Shown here: one piece after another, positions 18,070 through 28,163 of the stretch
Layout of the letters: every line of letters begins with the position of its first letter
How positions within the stretch are numbered: position 1 is the stretch's first letter
Source of the DNA: a virus
Length of the DNA: 64,000 bases
Virus record (IMG/VR): IMGVR_UViG_3300017917_001112
Span: 101,257-165,256 of that record
Reading direction: 5' to 3' (one strand)
Position numbers and translations under genes: made by a program
The notes under the pieces: model-generated
The model's input: only the letters and a program-made list of their open reading frames with translations
What the model was told of the DNA's origin: nothing
Databases searched by the model: none

Positions 18070-19413
18070 ATGAAAATCTTAATGGTAATGCATACCTTCA
18101 ATAACTTTGGAGGAATTATCAATCACTGCGAACATTTAATGGCAGGATTAAAAGAAATTGGTCACGAAGTAAATTTCGCATATCTTAAAGGCAACTCTAC
18201 TGTAAGACCAGTTGAAATTCCTTCTAAACTTGCCGAAGGTTATGAGATTGGTATTGGTTCAGGTTATCCAGTGCACCAAGGTGATGGATGGATTGCGCCA
18301 TACTATTCTTACAAAGTAAAAGAATCTGTTGACAAATTTGTTAAGACTGCCAATGAGCATGATATTGTGATTTGGCAGTCTATTTTTGGATTTAAAAACA
18401 AAGACACTGAGAAATACAAGGGTTGGTTGCCAATGGTTGAACAAGTCAAGGCAAAACAAGTTGTAATTATTCACGATGCTAATCTTAAAAAATTATATCC
18501 ATGGATTTCTCTTTATGAAAAACATTTCGCTGGTCTTGCTTGCGTTCATCCTGCAGCATACGATTCAGCAGACTTTATGTCCACACCTCGAGCGTTAATT
18601 TTGAACCCTCAGGATATTGATGGCGTACCACCTACTCCAGAGTTTGCTGGTCGCGAAAACAAAATCTTGTCAATACAGACATTCAAACGCTGGAAGCGTG
18701 TGGACGACCTTATTCGTGCTGTTCCTTACATGAAAAATGTCAAGACATTGGTAGGTGGTTATGGTATTGAGGCAGCATATATGATGTCGAAAGACAAGTG
18801 TAAAGACGAATACTTCGCAACAACACAATATGATCCAGACGTAACACCTGACCGAGAAGGAAAGCGTATTTGGGAAAACGCTGAAAACTCAGGAAATTTT
18901 GAATATCTCGGTTTTATTTCTGGAGCGAAACGTGATGAGATTCTACAAACATCTAAGTTTTTGGTTGACCCTTCTTGGAGCAATACTTTTGGTGAGCACT
19001 TCAATCGTGTTGTCGTGGATGCAATGCGGATTGGGACTGTGCCCATTGCTGTAAATTTTGGTGTTTCCAACAACGAAGAAGGTAATGGAGTTTTGTTGAA
19101 GGCTGGTGAACACTATTGTATGCTCCGCAAGGATTTTACTCCAAAACAATATGGAGAAGCAATCGCTAACTTCTGTAATATGAGCGAATCCGACTACAAA
19201 CGTATTCAGCTAAATAACTACGAACTAATCAAAAAGTTTGATCGAAAGGTAGTTGCTCAGCACTATATCGACTTGGCTATGGGTAAGGAAACAGGTTATC
19301 TAAACGAACTCAGAACCAAGACGAACCATGATCCATCTATTGTCCGAAATTCCATTAAAATGTTCGAAGAACACTTCGAACAGGCATCAGACTTGGACGA
19401 ATTCTTCGCATAA
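18070..19413 (+). CDS. GT-B fold glycosyltransferase, putative DNA-modifying
   Basis: MKILMV..FGGI..H, GHEV, IIHD, KRWKRVDDLIRA, EHFNRVVVDAMRIGTVPI; C-terminal LDEFFA. Confidence 0.8.
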   Translation: MKILMVMHTFNNFGGIINHCEHLMAGLKEIGHEVNFAYLKGNSTVRPVEIPSKLAEGYEIGIGSGYPVHQGDGWIAPYYSYKVKESVDKFVKTANEHDIVIWQSIFGFKNKDTEKYKGWLPMVEQVKAKQVVIIHDANLKKLYPWISLYEKHFAGLACVHPAAYDSADFMSTPRALILNPQDIDGVPPTPEFAGRENKILSIQTFKRWKRVDDLIRAVPYMKNVKTLVGGYGIEAAYMMSKDKCKDEYFATTQYDPDVTPDREGKRIWENAENSGNFEYLGFISGAKRDEILQTSKFLVDPSWSNTFGEHFNRVVVDAMRIGTVPIAVNFGVSNNEEGNGVLLKAGEHYCMLRKDFTPKQYGEAIANFCNMSESDYKRIQLNNYELIKKFDRKVVAQHYIDLAMGKETGYLNELRTKTNHDPSIVRNSIKMFEEHFEQASDLDEFFA

Positions 19414-19418
19414 ATGTC

Positions 19419-19447
19419 TTGACATCGAACACCTTTTAGGGTATAAT
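19419..19447 (+). promoter_or_regulatory. sigma70-type promoter
   Basis: TTGACA-17-TATAAT. Confidence 0.85.
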
Positions 19448-19467
19448 TATGCTTTAAGAGGTGAACG

Positions 19468-20139
19468 ATGAATAAAGGTAAATTTTTAGCAAATTACCAT
19501 GGGGATTTTGTAGATATTCTCAAGGTAGATTTACCAAGACTTGTTCCCAGTGTGTTGTGGGACAAACTAGACACATATCGAAATGACCCAGTGGGCATGA
19601 AGCGTTATTTGGCTAGACACCACAAGACTGTCCTCTATACAGAAAGATCCAAAAACAAAGAGTTTTATGTCTCTGGCGAGTTCGCCATGGACGAAGAGAA
19701 GATGCAACTGTTCACAGTTCGACCAAGATACTTTTCTGATAAGGCATGGGATGATTTCAAGTTTGAGGTAATTATTACATTGATGCATGAATATGTGCAT
19801 TTCATGCAGTGGTTGTGTCATGAAGACAAATATGAGTGGATTTTAATTCACAAAGAACACTCTGATAAAAAACTACAAGAAGAGCGTGATTATTATGCAG
19901 CATGGGGAGAGATACAAGCGTATGCTCATTGCATTTTAATCGAAATGAAAACCAGAAACATCAATAAACCAGCAGCCAAGATGTTGATGGCAAAAAGAGT
20001 TGGCTATTATTCACCAACACTGAAAACCATCAGAAAACAGTTCGATGGATTTGATATACCAATTCGTTATCTCTACAGAGAAGTTTTGCGTTGGGAGAAG
20101 CGTTACGAACGCCATGCCGAGCACCTAAATATATCATAA
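19468..20139 (+). CDS. zincin-like HExxH protein
   Basis: TLMHEYVHFMQ with downstream EIQAYA. Confidence 0.65.
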   Translation: MNKGKFLANYHGDFVDILKVDLPRLVPSVLWDKLDTYRNDPVGMKRYLARHHKTVLYTERSKNKEFYVSGEFAMDEEKMQLFTVRPRYFSDKAWDDFKFEVIITLMHEYVHFMQWLCHEDKYEWILIHKEHSDKKLQEERDYYAAWGEIQAYAHCILIEMKTRNINKPAAKMLMAKRVGYYSPTLKTIRKQFDGFDIPIRYLYREVLRWEKRYERHAEHLNIS

Positions 20140-20155
20140 ATTTGGGTTCATAATA

Positions 20156-21550
20156 ATGGCAAAAAAATATTTCCAAGGCGAAAGTGGATTCAAAATACTT
20201 GCTGGCACAAATACCAAACTAAAATCACTTTTCGCCAAATTAAAAGATTACAAGTTGCTTCTGTTTTTAGAAACAGAGGACGGGAAGACCTCAGGTATCC
20301 CAAGAATGAAACTTGTTTCTGAAGACATTAAAGTTTTCCAAGCCATCTTCAAAATCCTTTCATCAGACAAGGCTCTACAGTCTACACTAGAAAAAGCAAA
20401 CAATCAAGCATTGTTTGTCTCTGGTAATCAAAAGTTTAGATTGTATAAGTCAGGTGGTCGCTTGACTAATGTTATCGACAACGATGGCAACATGATCGGG
20501 AACAAAGTTCCTTCTACAGCACAACAAGAAGATGCGGTAAGATATATTTTAGAAGTTGGCTCAAAAGGAATGCCTTCTAAAGAATCAATCAATAAAGCAG
20601 CAGGATTTGAATTTGGTAAAGATTGGCACGATTCGTTTGTGAAAACATACGCAGCTGTTATTACTGTAATAACAAAAGCATCGTTGGCTCAGTATAATTT
20701 TTATCGTGACTCAAATCCAAAGAAAATTGCCTTTCTTAATCAAATGACTGACGAGAAGTATTTACCAGATAGTAAAGATAACTGGAATCCAGCAGACGTG
20801 TGGGCAGTTAAAAAGTCTGCCGAAGGCAAACTTGGAATGGATGTTGGTAAGATATACAATAAATTAAAAGAAGGTAAGGCAGGAATTGAAGATCTAAATG
20901 GCTTTGTTCAAAAGTCATTTGATAACAAAGATTTGATTGGTATTTCTCTTAAGAAAGTTGCTGGTCCAAAAGCAAAGATTATTAAAGTTCAAGTTGATAG
21001 CAACATGGAGAAAAGCATTAAGTTCTCTGGTGTGTCATCAAAATTTGTATATAATGTTGAAAATTCTTACTTTGATGCTTTGTTAAAATTTAAAGCATAC
21101 AAAGATGATGTTTTATATCGTTTCCGTTTCCGTCCTCGTGCTGCATCTGGTCAATTAAAAACTTATGGAGAAGGACAACCACAGGATGCTAAAGTTTGGG
21201 ATGGTGCTATCTCTTCAGATTTAATCAATAAACTATTTCCAAAAATCCAAGGTTGGACTAAATTCTGTGAATCTGAATTAAAACCAATGGACACAGTATA
21301 TAATACATTGATCGGACAAACAAAAGATAAAGATTTTGCGAACTATATTAAGAAAGGTTCGTATTCTTTAGTGACAGTTAATGGTATAAAAGATAAACAA
21401 GCAGATCCACAAAAAATACGCAGAGCATGTGTTCTGTTATATTACATTTGGCATTTAGAAACAACAAATCAAGTTACTTCGTTTCCTCAAATGTATATGG
21501 CTGCTAAAAAGATGAATGCGTTTTCATCTGTGCACTATAAGGTAAGTTAA
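20156..21550 (+). CDS. hypothetical protein, restriction-endonuclease-like fold suspected
   Basis: TAQQE...WNPADVW...IGISLKK. Confidence 0.55.
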   Translation: MAKKYFQGESGFKILAGTNTKLKSLFAKLKDYKLLLFLETEDGKTSGIPRMKLVSEDIKVFQAIFKILSSDKALQSTLEKANNQALFVSGNQKFRLYKSGGRLTNVIDNDGNMIGNKVPSTAQQEDAVRYILEVGSKGMPSKESINKAAGFEFGKDWHDSFVKTYAAVITVITKASLAQYNFYRDSNPKKIAFLNQMTDEKYLPDSKDNWNPADVWAVKKSAEGKLGMDVGKIYNKLKEGKAGIEDLNGFVQKSFDNKDLIGISLKKVAGPKAKIIKVQVDSNMEKSIKFSGVSSKFVYNVENSYFDALLKFKAYKDDVLYRFRFRPRAASGQLKTYGEGQPQDAKVWDGAISSDLINKLFPKIQGWTKFCESELKPMDTVYNTLIGQTKDKDFANYIKKGSYSLVTVNGIKDKQADPQKIRRACVLLYYIWHLETTNQVTSFPQMYMAAKKMNAFSSVHYKVS

Positions 21551-22759
21551 ATGTTTAATTTAAAAGGTTACATTGCGGAAGCAGCTAATGATACAACAAG
21601 ATTAAAACACTTGTCGCATTTAGAAGATCTCATTTTTGAAGAAGGTAAACAAGGTTTACAATTTGCTATTGATAGTATTCAAATATATGTAAACGCATTA
21701 TACAACAAATCTTCTGGCGCAACAATCACAACCAAATGGGATGGTTCTCCATCAATCATCGTTCATCAATCGGGAAATGATTATTGGGTCGCATCAAAAT
21801 CAGCATTTAACGCAACCCCAAAACTAAACAGAACTGATTCTGATATTGAAGCAAATCACGGACACTCTGCTGGTTTGGTTGAGAAATTAAAATATGCACT
21901 GAAATATTGTAAAGATCTTGGTATTAATGGAACTTTGCAGGGAGATTTCTTATATACTGATGGTGATTTAAAACCACAAACAATTGATGGAGTAAAACAT
22001 GTTACTTTCAAACCCAATACTATTACTTATGCTGTCGCTGTGGATAGCGACTTGGGGCGAAGAATCCTCGCTTCTAAGATGGGTATTATTTTTCACACTT
22101 ATTATACTGGCAATGACTTTACCACTATGAAAGCAAATTTTGGTTACTCAGTTGAGAAACTAAAAAAGTCAAGAAATGTTTTTGTTGATGATGCTATTCT
22201 AAAAGATAAAACAAAAGATCTAACTCTAACACAAGCAGAACAAGAAACGATATTGAATGCGCATGCTGAATTGAAGAAATTGAACATGGCTATACCAACA
22301 TCGTTTTTGTCTTGGTTGTCTACACATAAAATCGTATCTGCATTGATTGCAAAATATAACAATGCTAATGTGCGTGCTGGTAGTTACGTTGGTTCATCAA
22401 AGGCGCATGGTGTTTCGCAATTTATTCACGATGAGTTACAAAAAGAAATTGATAAAGTAAAGACAACAACAACTAAAACAAAAAAAGAAAACGAAAGACA
22501 ACAGATTTTAGATTTCGTTGATTCACATAAAATGGTTCTAGAGAAAGTATATGAAGCATTCTCTCTAGTTGTTGCTTGTAAAATGATTATTGTTTCGAAA
22601 TTAAATAGACTCGAGACTGGCGTATCTGGATTTGTGGAGAAAGGTAACGCATTGGTGCCAACAGCACCAGAAGGTTTCGTTGCGGTTCAAGGAGATCGTG
22701 TTGTTAAGTTGGTTGATCGACTTGAGTTTTCAAGAAATAACTTTTTGAGGCAGAGATGA
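21551..22759 (+). CDS. conserved T4-like protein (DUF6267-like) with ligase-type nucleotidyltransferase motifs
   Basis: HLSHLED, KWDG, QGDFL, EGFV, VKLVDRLEFS. Confidence 0.7.
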   Translation: MFNLKGYIAEAANDTTRLKHLSHLEDLIFEEGKQGLQFAIDSIQIYVNALYNKSSGATITTKWDGSPSIIVHQSGNDYWVASKSAFNATPKLNRTDSDIEANHGHSAGLVEKLKYALKYCKDLGINGTLQGDFLYTDGDLKPQTIDGVKHVTFKPNTITYAVAVDSDLGRRILASKMGIIFHTYYTGNDFTTMKANFGYSVEKLKKSRNVFVDDAILKDKTKDLTLTQAEQETILNAHAELKKLNMAIPTSFLSWLSTHKIVSALIAKYNNANVRAGSYVGSSKAHGVSQFIHDELQKEIDKVKTTTTKTKKENERQQILDFVDSHKMVLEKVYEAFSLVVACKMIIVSKLNRLETGVSGFVEKGNALVPTAPEGFVAVQGDRVVKLVDRLEFSRNNFLRQR

Positions 22760-23106
22760 AAACAATATTAACAGTTGTTATATTTACATTACTTACTGGC
22801 TGTTCTTTTATTATGCCAAAACCACATGACTCAGAAATGTTTGGTCGTTTGGTAGATGTTAAAATTGCAGTCGATAAGTTAGAGTGTGGTAATCCACTTA
22901 TGTTTCAGAACGCAGATGAACATATTGAGCGTCTAAGAATTTATGCTGAATTGAGAAAAGACCCACAAGCAGATTCAATACATAAGTTGCAGGATGCAAT
23001 TAAAAAAGCAGGAGAATCTAAAAATAAAGTTTTCTGCGAATCAGTTGTAAAAACAAGTAAGACTAGAATTGATGTTGTGGTTGACGCATGGAAAGGAAGA
23101 TTCTGA
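22756..23106 (+). CDS. lipoprotein
   Basis: signal peptide with LTGC lipobox. Confidence 0.7.
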   Translation: MKTILTVVIFTLLTGCSFIMPKPHDSEMFGRLVDVKIAVDKLECGNPLMFQNADEHIERLRIYAELRKDPQADSIHKLQDAIKKAGESKNKVFCESVVKTSKTRIDVVVDAWKGRF

Positions 23107-23336
23107 TGTTAGAACAATTAAGAGAAGTAGCTGGTCAAGGTGGACCAGCAGCATCACTAGCAAATGAGTTGTTAGTTATTCGTGACAATTTTGAAAAAGG
23201 AGAACTTTCTCAAGAAGAGTATCAGTTTCTTCTTAACGAAATTGCTGATATTAGAGCACAACAAGAATTAGCAAATGATGAAATCGCATGTCGCTGGATT
23301 GCTGAAGTCGCAAAGGGATTAGCAGCCGTAGTATGA
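23106..23336 (+). CDS. hypothetical protein
   Basis: TGATG translational coupling. Confidence 0.65.
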   Translation: MLEQLREVAGQGGPAASLANELLVIRDNFEKGELSQEEYQFLLNEIADIRAQQELANDEIACRWIAEVAKGLAAVV

Positions 23337-23980
23337 GTGATTTAAAAGAACTTTTCAGCGAATTTGCTAAAGCCAAAGCAGAAGCAAAAAAACTTCAAGA
23401 AGAAACACCAAAGGGTCAAGCACTTAAAGGTGTGAAGGAGAGACTCAAAGAAAATAATGAAATCGGAGAGTTGCTTGAGGTTTTTGTTGAAAAGAAAGCA
23501 CAACCAAAACAGGTTGTTAAAAAAATTATTAAAGAAATAATTGTTGAGAAAGAAGTAACAAATAAAGATTCATTTCAGCAACCAGCACCGCAACCAGTAG
23601 ATGCAAATATAGCTGGTATTATTAAAAAGATGCAGTTTCTTGAGCAAGCGATTGGTAGAATTGCTGCTCATGGTCCAGGTGGTGGTGCAGGAGATGTTGT
23701 TAATCTTGATCACCAAACAACACTGGTAACAACACCAACATATACTGTTGGTAGAAAAGACTACTACGTTGGCATCGATTATGCTGGCACAGTAACAATA
23801 ACACTACCAACCAATGTTAAAAATGGCAGATATGTCATAATTAAAGACGAATCTGGACGTTGTTCAAAATTTCCAATTATTGTTCTAGGAAATGTTGATA
23901 ATGACCCAAATGGTTTTATTTTAAAAATAGACAATGGTGGTATACAAATGATTTATAGAGATGGGTGGAGAATAGTATGA
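23333..23980 (+). CDS. hypothetical protein, likely structural
   Basis: GPGGGAG linker; C-terminal beta domain TITLP..GR..IIKDESG. Confidence 0.6.
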   Translation: MSDLKELFSEFAKAKAEAKKLQEETPKGQALKGVKERLKENNEIGELLEVFVEKKAQPKQVVKKIIKEIIVEKEVTNKDSFQQPAPQPVDANIAGIIKKMQFLEQAIGRIAAHGPGGGAGDVVNLDHQTTLVTTPTYTVGRKDYYVGIDYAGTVTITLPTNVKNGRYVIIKDESGRCSKFPIIVLGNVDNDPNGFILKIDNGGIQMIYRDGWRIV

Positions 23981-25203
23981 CATATTTGTTTCAAGAAAAT
24001 CAAAACATTGATGCGTTCGGTCGTGGTCGCACTAGTGAACCATTTACGCTTGGAGATTACAAACATCTATATGGATTAGATCCTAATTTTATAGATTATA
24101 CTGTTAATGGTGGAACTGTATCATTTCAGGAAAATAAAGCATGCGCAAGATTAACTACTACAAGTAATCCTTTATCTAGAGTTGTTCACCAAACCAAATT
24201 TTATCATCATTACATGCCTGGAAAAAGTCAGATTATTTTTTCTAGTTTTAACTTTTATACAGCAGTTGCTAATGTTACAAAAAGAACAGGCTACTACGAT
24301 GATAATGATGGTATCTATTTGGAACAAACAGGAAATGGCACATTAAATTTTGTCATCAGAAGTTATGTTACTGGTGCGCCAACCGAAAGAAGAATTCCGC
24401 AGTCTCAATGGAGCGAAGATAAGTGCGATGGAACTGGAGCCAGTGCTTTTAATTTAGACATTACAAAAACGCAACTATTTTGGATTGATTTCCAATGGCT
24501 TGGTGTTGGGAGAGTTCGTTGTGGTTTTGTTCACGATGGACAATATGTAATTGCTCATGTGTTTAATAACAGTAATAATCTAGCAACTGTCTATATGAGT
24601 AATCCAAACCTACCAGTTCGTTGCGAACTTCTTAATACAGGAGAAACAGCTGGTGGATTTTTTGATCAAATCTGTTCTACTGTTATGTCCGAAGGTGGAT
24701 ATATTGAGGCAGGAATTGATTGGGGTGTTACAAATACACCAAGATTATTAACTGCTGGAACAACTTCTCCTATTATGGCAATTCGTCTTAAGAACACCTA
24801 TAAAACATACAAAAACAGAATGATTGTTCGTATGGAAAATCTTAAGATGTTTAGTGATGGCGAAAATATTAAATGGCGTCTTTTAAAATTACCAAATTCT
24901 AGTTATTTGACTTTTACAACATGGAACGATGTAGATGATGACAGTGGAGTTCAATACAACACAGATTGTACTGCCTGGACCGATGGCGATGAGTTAGATA
25001 ATGGTTGGGTTGGAGCAAGCACTCAAGGTAGTCAAAAGGCTGGTGGATCTCCTGCAGCAAATTTACCTTCTGCAGCAAAGAAAAACTATATTGTTCAAAA
25101 TTTTGATTCCACAGATTCAGAGATTTATCTAGTTGTGGCGACAAATCTTGGATCACAGAATACCAACGTAGGTGTTGGATTCCAATGGAGAGAAGTTTAT
25201 TGA
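23977..25203 (+). CDS. virion structural protein (beta-rich, lectin-like)
   Basis: DAFGRGRTSEPFTL, YMPGKSQ, IDFQWLGVGRVRCGF. Confidence 0.6.
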   Translation: MTYLFQENQNIDAFGRGRTSEPFTLGDYKHLYGLDPNFIDYTVNGGTVSFQENKACARLTTTSNPLSRVVHQTKFYHHYMPGKSQIIFSSFNFYTAVANVTKRTGYYDDNDGIYLEQTGNGTLNFVIRSYVTGAPTERRIPQSQWSEDKCDGTGASAFNLDITKTQLFWIDFQWLGVGRVRCGFVHDGQYVIAHVFNNSNNLATVYMSNPNLPVRCELLNTGETAGGFFDQICSTVMSEGGYIEAGIDWGVTNTPRLLTAGTTSPIMAIRLKNTYKTYKNRMIVRMENLKMFSDGENIKWRLLKLPNSSYLTFTTWNDVDDDSGVQYNTDCTAWTDGDELDNGWVGASTQGSQKAGGSPAANLPSAAKKNYIVQNFDSTDSEIYLVVATNLGSQNTNVGVGFQWREVY

Positions 25204-25211
25204 TATAAATA
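25204..25211 (+). promoter_or_regulatory. T4-type late promoter
   Basis: TATAAATA. Confidence 0.7.
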
Positions 25212-25241
25212 ATTGATTATTACCTCATATAGATGGATTAA

Positions 25242-28163
25242 ATGAAAGCATATACCCAATTTCTGAAGGAATTGCCTTCTAAAAAAGTAGTTTTTGCGTT
25301 TGGTCGCTTCCAGCCACCAACGACAGGACACGAGTTGCTTGTAAAGGCAGTAGAAAAACTAGCCAAAGAACAAAACGCAGCCCATGTTATATATGCTTCT
25401 CACACACAAGATAAATCCAAAAACCCTCTTTCTGTAGACCGCAAGGTTTACTATCTCAAGCGCATGTTCCCAGAAGCCAATTTTAAGGCTGCAGGTGGAA
25501 CAACTCGAACATTCATCGAGGTTGCTAAAGAACTCAATAAAAAATATAAGAACATAATCATGGTTGCTGGTAGCGATCGTGTTCCAGAGTACAAGAAACT
25601 TCTAGAAAAATATAACGGAACAGAATTTAATTTCGACACAATCAGTGTTGTCTCTGCTGGCGAACGTGATCCAGATGCAGACAATGCATCAGGAATGTCT
25701 GGAACTAAAATGCGTGAAGCTGCTAAGAAGGGCGACTTCAACACATTTAAGAAAGGTTTACCACATACTTTAACCACTGTTGACGGAAAGCGTTTAATGA
25801 ATGAAATTCGTGAAGGCATGGGAATGGAAGTGGTGAAAGAGGAAGTTAAGTTTGCTAGAGATTGGCTTAGGGAATCTTATTTTCGTGGCGAAATCTATAA
25901 AATTGGACAATTCGTTGAATCAAACGGACAAAGATATGAAATCCTTGATCGTGGTAGTAACTATCTTACCGTTGTTGATGGTAATGGTAGCACATATCGT
26001 AAATGGATTACTGATGTAACATTAGTAGAAGATTATAATGTTCCACACCAAGACAGACCACCAGAAGATTTTGAAGCAACACAAATATCTTACAAGGGAT
26101 ATAAAACAAAACATTTCGATCACGACCCAGATGTATTTGTTGCATTCCATAGAACAACTCAATTACCAGATGTTGATCCAGTTGCAGTTTTAAATGCAAT
26201 TAAAACAACTGATCAATATTTGGAGATCTTAAAACAAGTTATGAATACTGATGAAGTTACAGAAGAACAACATCATGCATTTGATACTTACGTACAGAAA
26301 GCACAAGAATACTTGTTAAAGACTGGAGATTTACAACATCATGTTGATTACATAAACTCAGTGGTTCATATGTTTAATCAAGTAGAAGCACAATATCACA
26401 TGGAAAAAGACGAACAGATGGAAGAGTCTATGAAAACATTCAAAGAACTAATGGAGATGAAGTTTACTTCGTCAGACAAAATTAAAGTAGCCAGAATTAT
26501 TGCTGATGCCCTTGGCGTTCAGGATGTTGAAAAATCATCTAATGCTGAACAACTATTAAACAATGCATTGCGTAAAGTTAGAAACAAACCACTTCGTGCT
26601 GAGAATATTGCTATCATTAAGAATATGTTACAAACAGCAAAAGAAGCTGGTATTGGGTATGATGAGAAATTGGTTCCGCAAAAAGTTGATGAAGGATATG
26701 ATGAGATTCAAACTTCTGATACGAAATTAGACAAACATGGTAGAAAAGTTCATGCTCGTAAGTTGCGTTTTAGAAATGCAGACAAAGAGGATATGGATGA
26801 AGAAGCATCACCAATGATTAAACCACCATCAAATAGATTTGATAGTAAAAAAGAAGCATTTACTCATGCTAAGAAAACTGGTGGTAAAGTTTATCGTCAC
26901 GAATACATTAATCCAAGAACAGGCATAAAAGATACACATTTTGTTGTAAAAGAAGAAACAAAACTTGATGAATCGCACGTAGAGTTTAGAATTGATCATC
27001 GTCAGAAAATTGCTCCTGGTCATGAAAAAACATTTAAGGATCATGACGCTAAAGTTTCAGAAATAAGCGACAAAGCAACATATGTAAAAGTTCCTGCTGA
27101 TAAAGCAAATGCGTTTAAAGCAGCAATGAAGTCCAAACATAATACGCATTTAGAGCTTGCAGAAGAATCTTCTTCTGTTTACGATAGTCATATTAAAGGA
27201 AATTCTGATTATGGATCAATCGTTAAGAAACATGGTGTAGTAAAAACAAAACAAATAATTCGTCATTTGAAAACAGAAAGAGATTCTCTTAGAAAACATA
27301 CAGCTGACTGGGCAGGTCCTTCTCATTTAAAGAAACATGATTATGCTATTCGTGGGTTAAAGCGTGCATTGGGAGAAGAAAAAACTGAGCATGAAGAGCA
27401 CGAACAGTCTACATATGATGATAGTAAATTTGTTGTTGGAGATACAGGGAAACTTACTTATGACACTATGAAGAAATTTCTTGGTTTACAAGATATTCAT
27501 ACTTTAGAAACTGGTGAACTAAAAAATCCAAATGAAATTACTCCAGAACCAAAAACAACTGGAATTCCAGCATCACCATATCCTCTACGTGTAAAGCATC
27601 AGAGAATGCATGAAGAAAAAGAAGAGGAAGAAAAAGATGAATTTGAAGAACTTGATGATTCAGAATTTGATGACGAGTTGACAAATATGTCTGAACCAGA
27701 ACACGTTCTTGATGCATATGATGATGAAGAATTAGCAATTGTTGATGACGAAACTGGCGAAGAACTAGAGACAGATGATGACGAAGAAGATGAGAAAGAA
27801 GAAGAAGCAAAACTAAAAGAAGGAAAAATTGTAATTCTAGAAATTTCTCGTATGGAGCGTATTCGTCGAAAACAGCGTTTCGCAAGATCAAAATCTAAAC
27901 GTGAAGTAAGAGCAAAAATTGCTTTAAGAAGATCTTCTAATACAGCGACAATAACAAAGCGTTCACGTCGTTTAGCTACTTCAATGATCAAAAAGCGTCT
28001 ATTACGCAAAGACCCAAGTAAAGCAACATTGGCTGAAAAAGAAAGAGTTGAAGCATTTCTACAAAAGAGAAAGGCATTAGTAGATCGTCTTGCTCGTAGA
28101 GTTGCTCCAAGACTTAGACAAGTTGAAAAAGCAAGATTACAACACAAGAGGTTTACGAAATGA
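25242..28163 (+). CDS. cytidyltransferase-like (HIGH superfamily) domain fused to a long charged internal-head-type region
   Basis: FGRFQPPTTGH, KNPL, VAGSDR, SGTKMR; N-terminal MKAYTQFLKE. Confidence 0.75.
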   Translation: MKAYTQFLKELPSKKVVFAFGRFQPPTTGHELLVKAVEKLAKEQNAAHVIYASHTQDKSKNPLSVDRKVYYLKRMFPEANFKAAGGTTRTFIEVAKELNKKYKNIIMVAGSDRVPEYKKLLEKYNGTEFNFDTISVVSAGERDPDADNASGMSGTKMREAAKKGDFNTFKKGLPHTLTTVDGKRLMNEIREGMGMEVVKEEVKFARDWLRESYFRGEIYKIGQFVESNGQRYEILDRGSNYLTVVDGNGSTYRKWITDVTLVEDYNVPHQDRPPEDFEATQISYKGYKTKHFDHDPDVFVAFHRTTQLPDVDPVAVLNAIKTTDQYLEILKQVMNTDEVTEEQHHAFDTYVQKAQEYLLKTGDLQHHVDYINSVVHMFNQVEAQYHMEKDEQMEESMKTFKELMEMKFTSSDKIKVARIIADALGVQDVEKSSNAEQLLNNALRKVRNKPLRAENIAIIKNMLQTAKEAGIGYDEKLVPQKVDEGYDEIQTSDTKLDKHGRKVHARKLRFRNADKEDMDEEASPMIKPPSNRFDSKKEAFTHAKKTGGKVYRHEYINPRTGIKDTHFVVKEETKLDESHVEFRIDHRQKIAPGHEKTFKDHDAKVSEISDKATYVKVPADKANAFKAAMKSKHNTHLELAEESSSVYDSHIKGNSDYGSIVKKHGVVKTKQIIRHLKTERDSLRKHTADWAGPSHLKKHDYAIRGLKRALGEEKTEHEEHEQSTYDDSKFVVGDTGKLTYDTMKKFLGLQDIHTLETGELKNPNEITPEPKTTGIPASPYPLRVKHQRMHEEKEEEEKDEFEELDDSEFDDELTNMSEPEHVLDAYDDEELAIVDDETGEELETDDDEEDEKEEEAKLKEGKIVILEISRMERIRRKQRFARSKSKREVRAKIALRRSSNTATITKRSRRLATSMIKKRLLRKDPSKATLAEKERVEAFLQKRKALVDRLARRVAPRLRQVEKARLQHKRFTK

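Noticed and set aside
22756-23106. Lipoprotein as the o-spanin
   Set aside because: Far from Rz, and a better embedded Rz1 exists at 34121-34300
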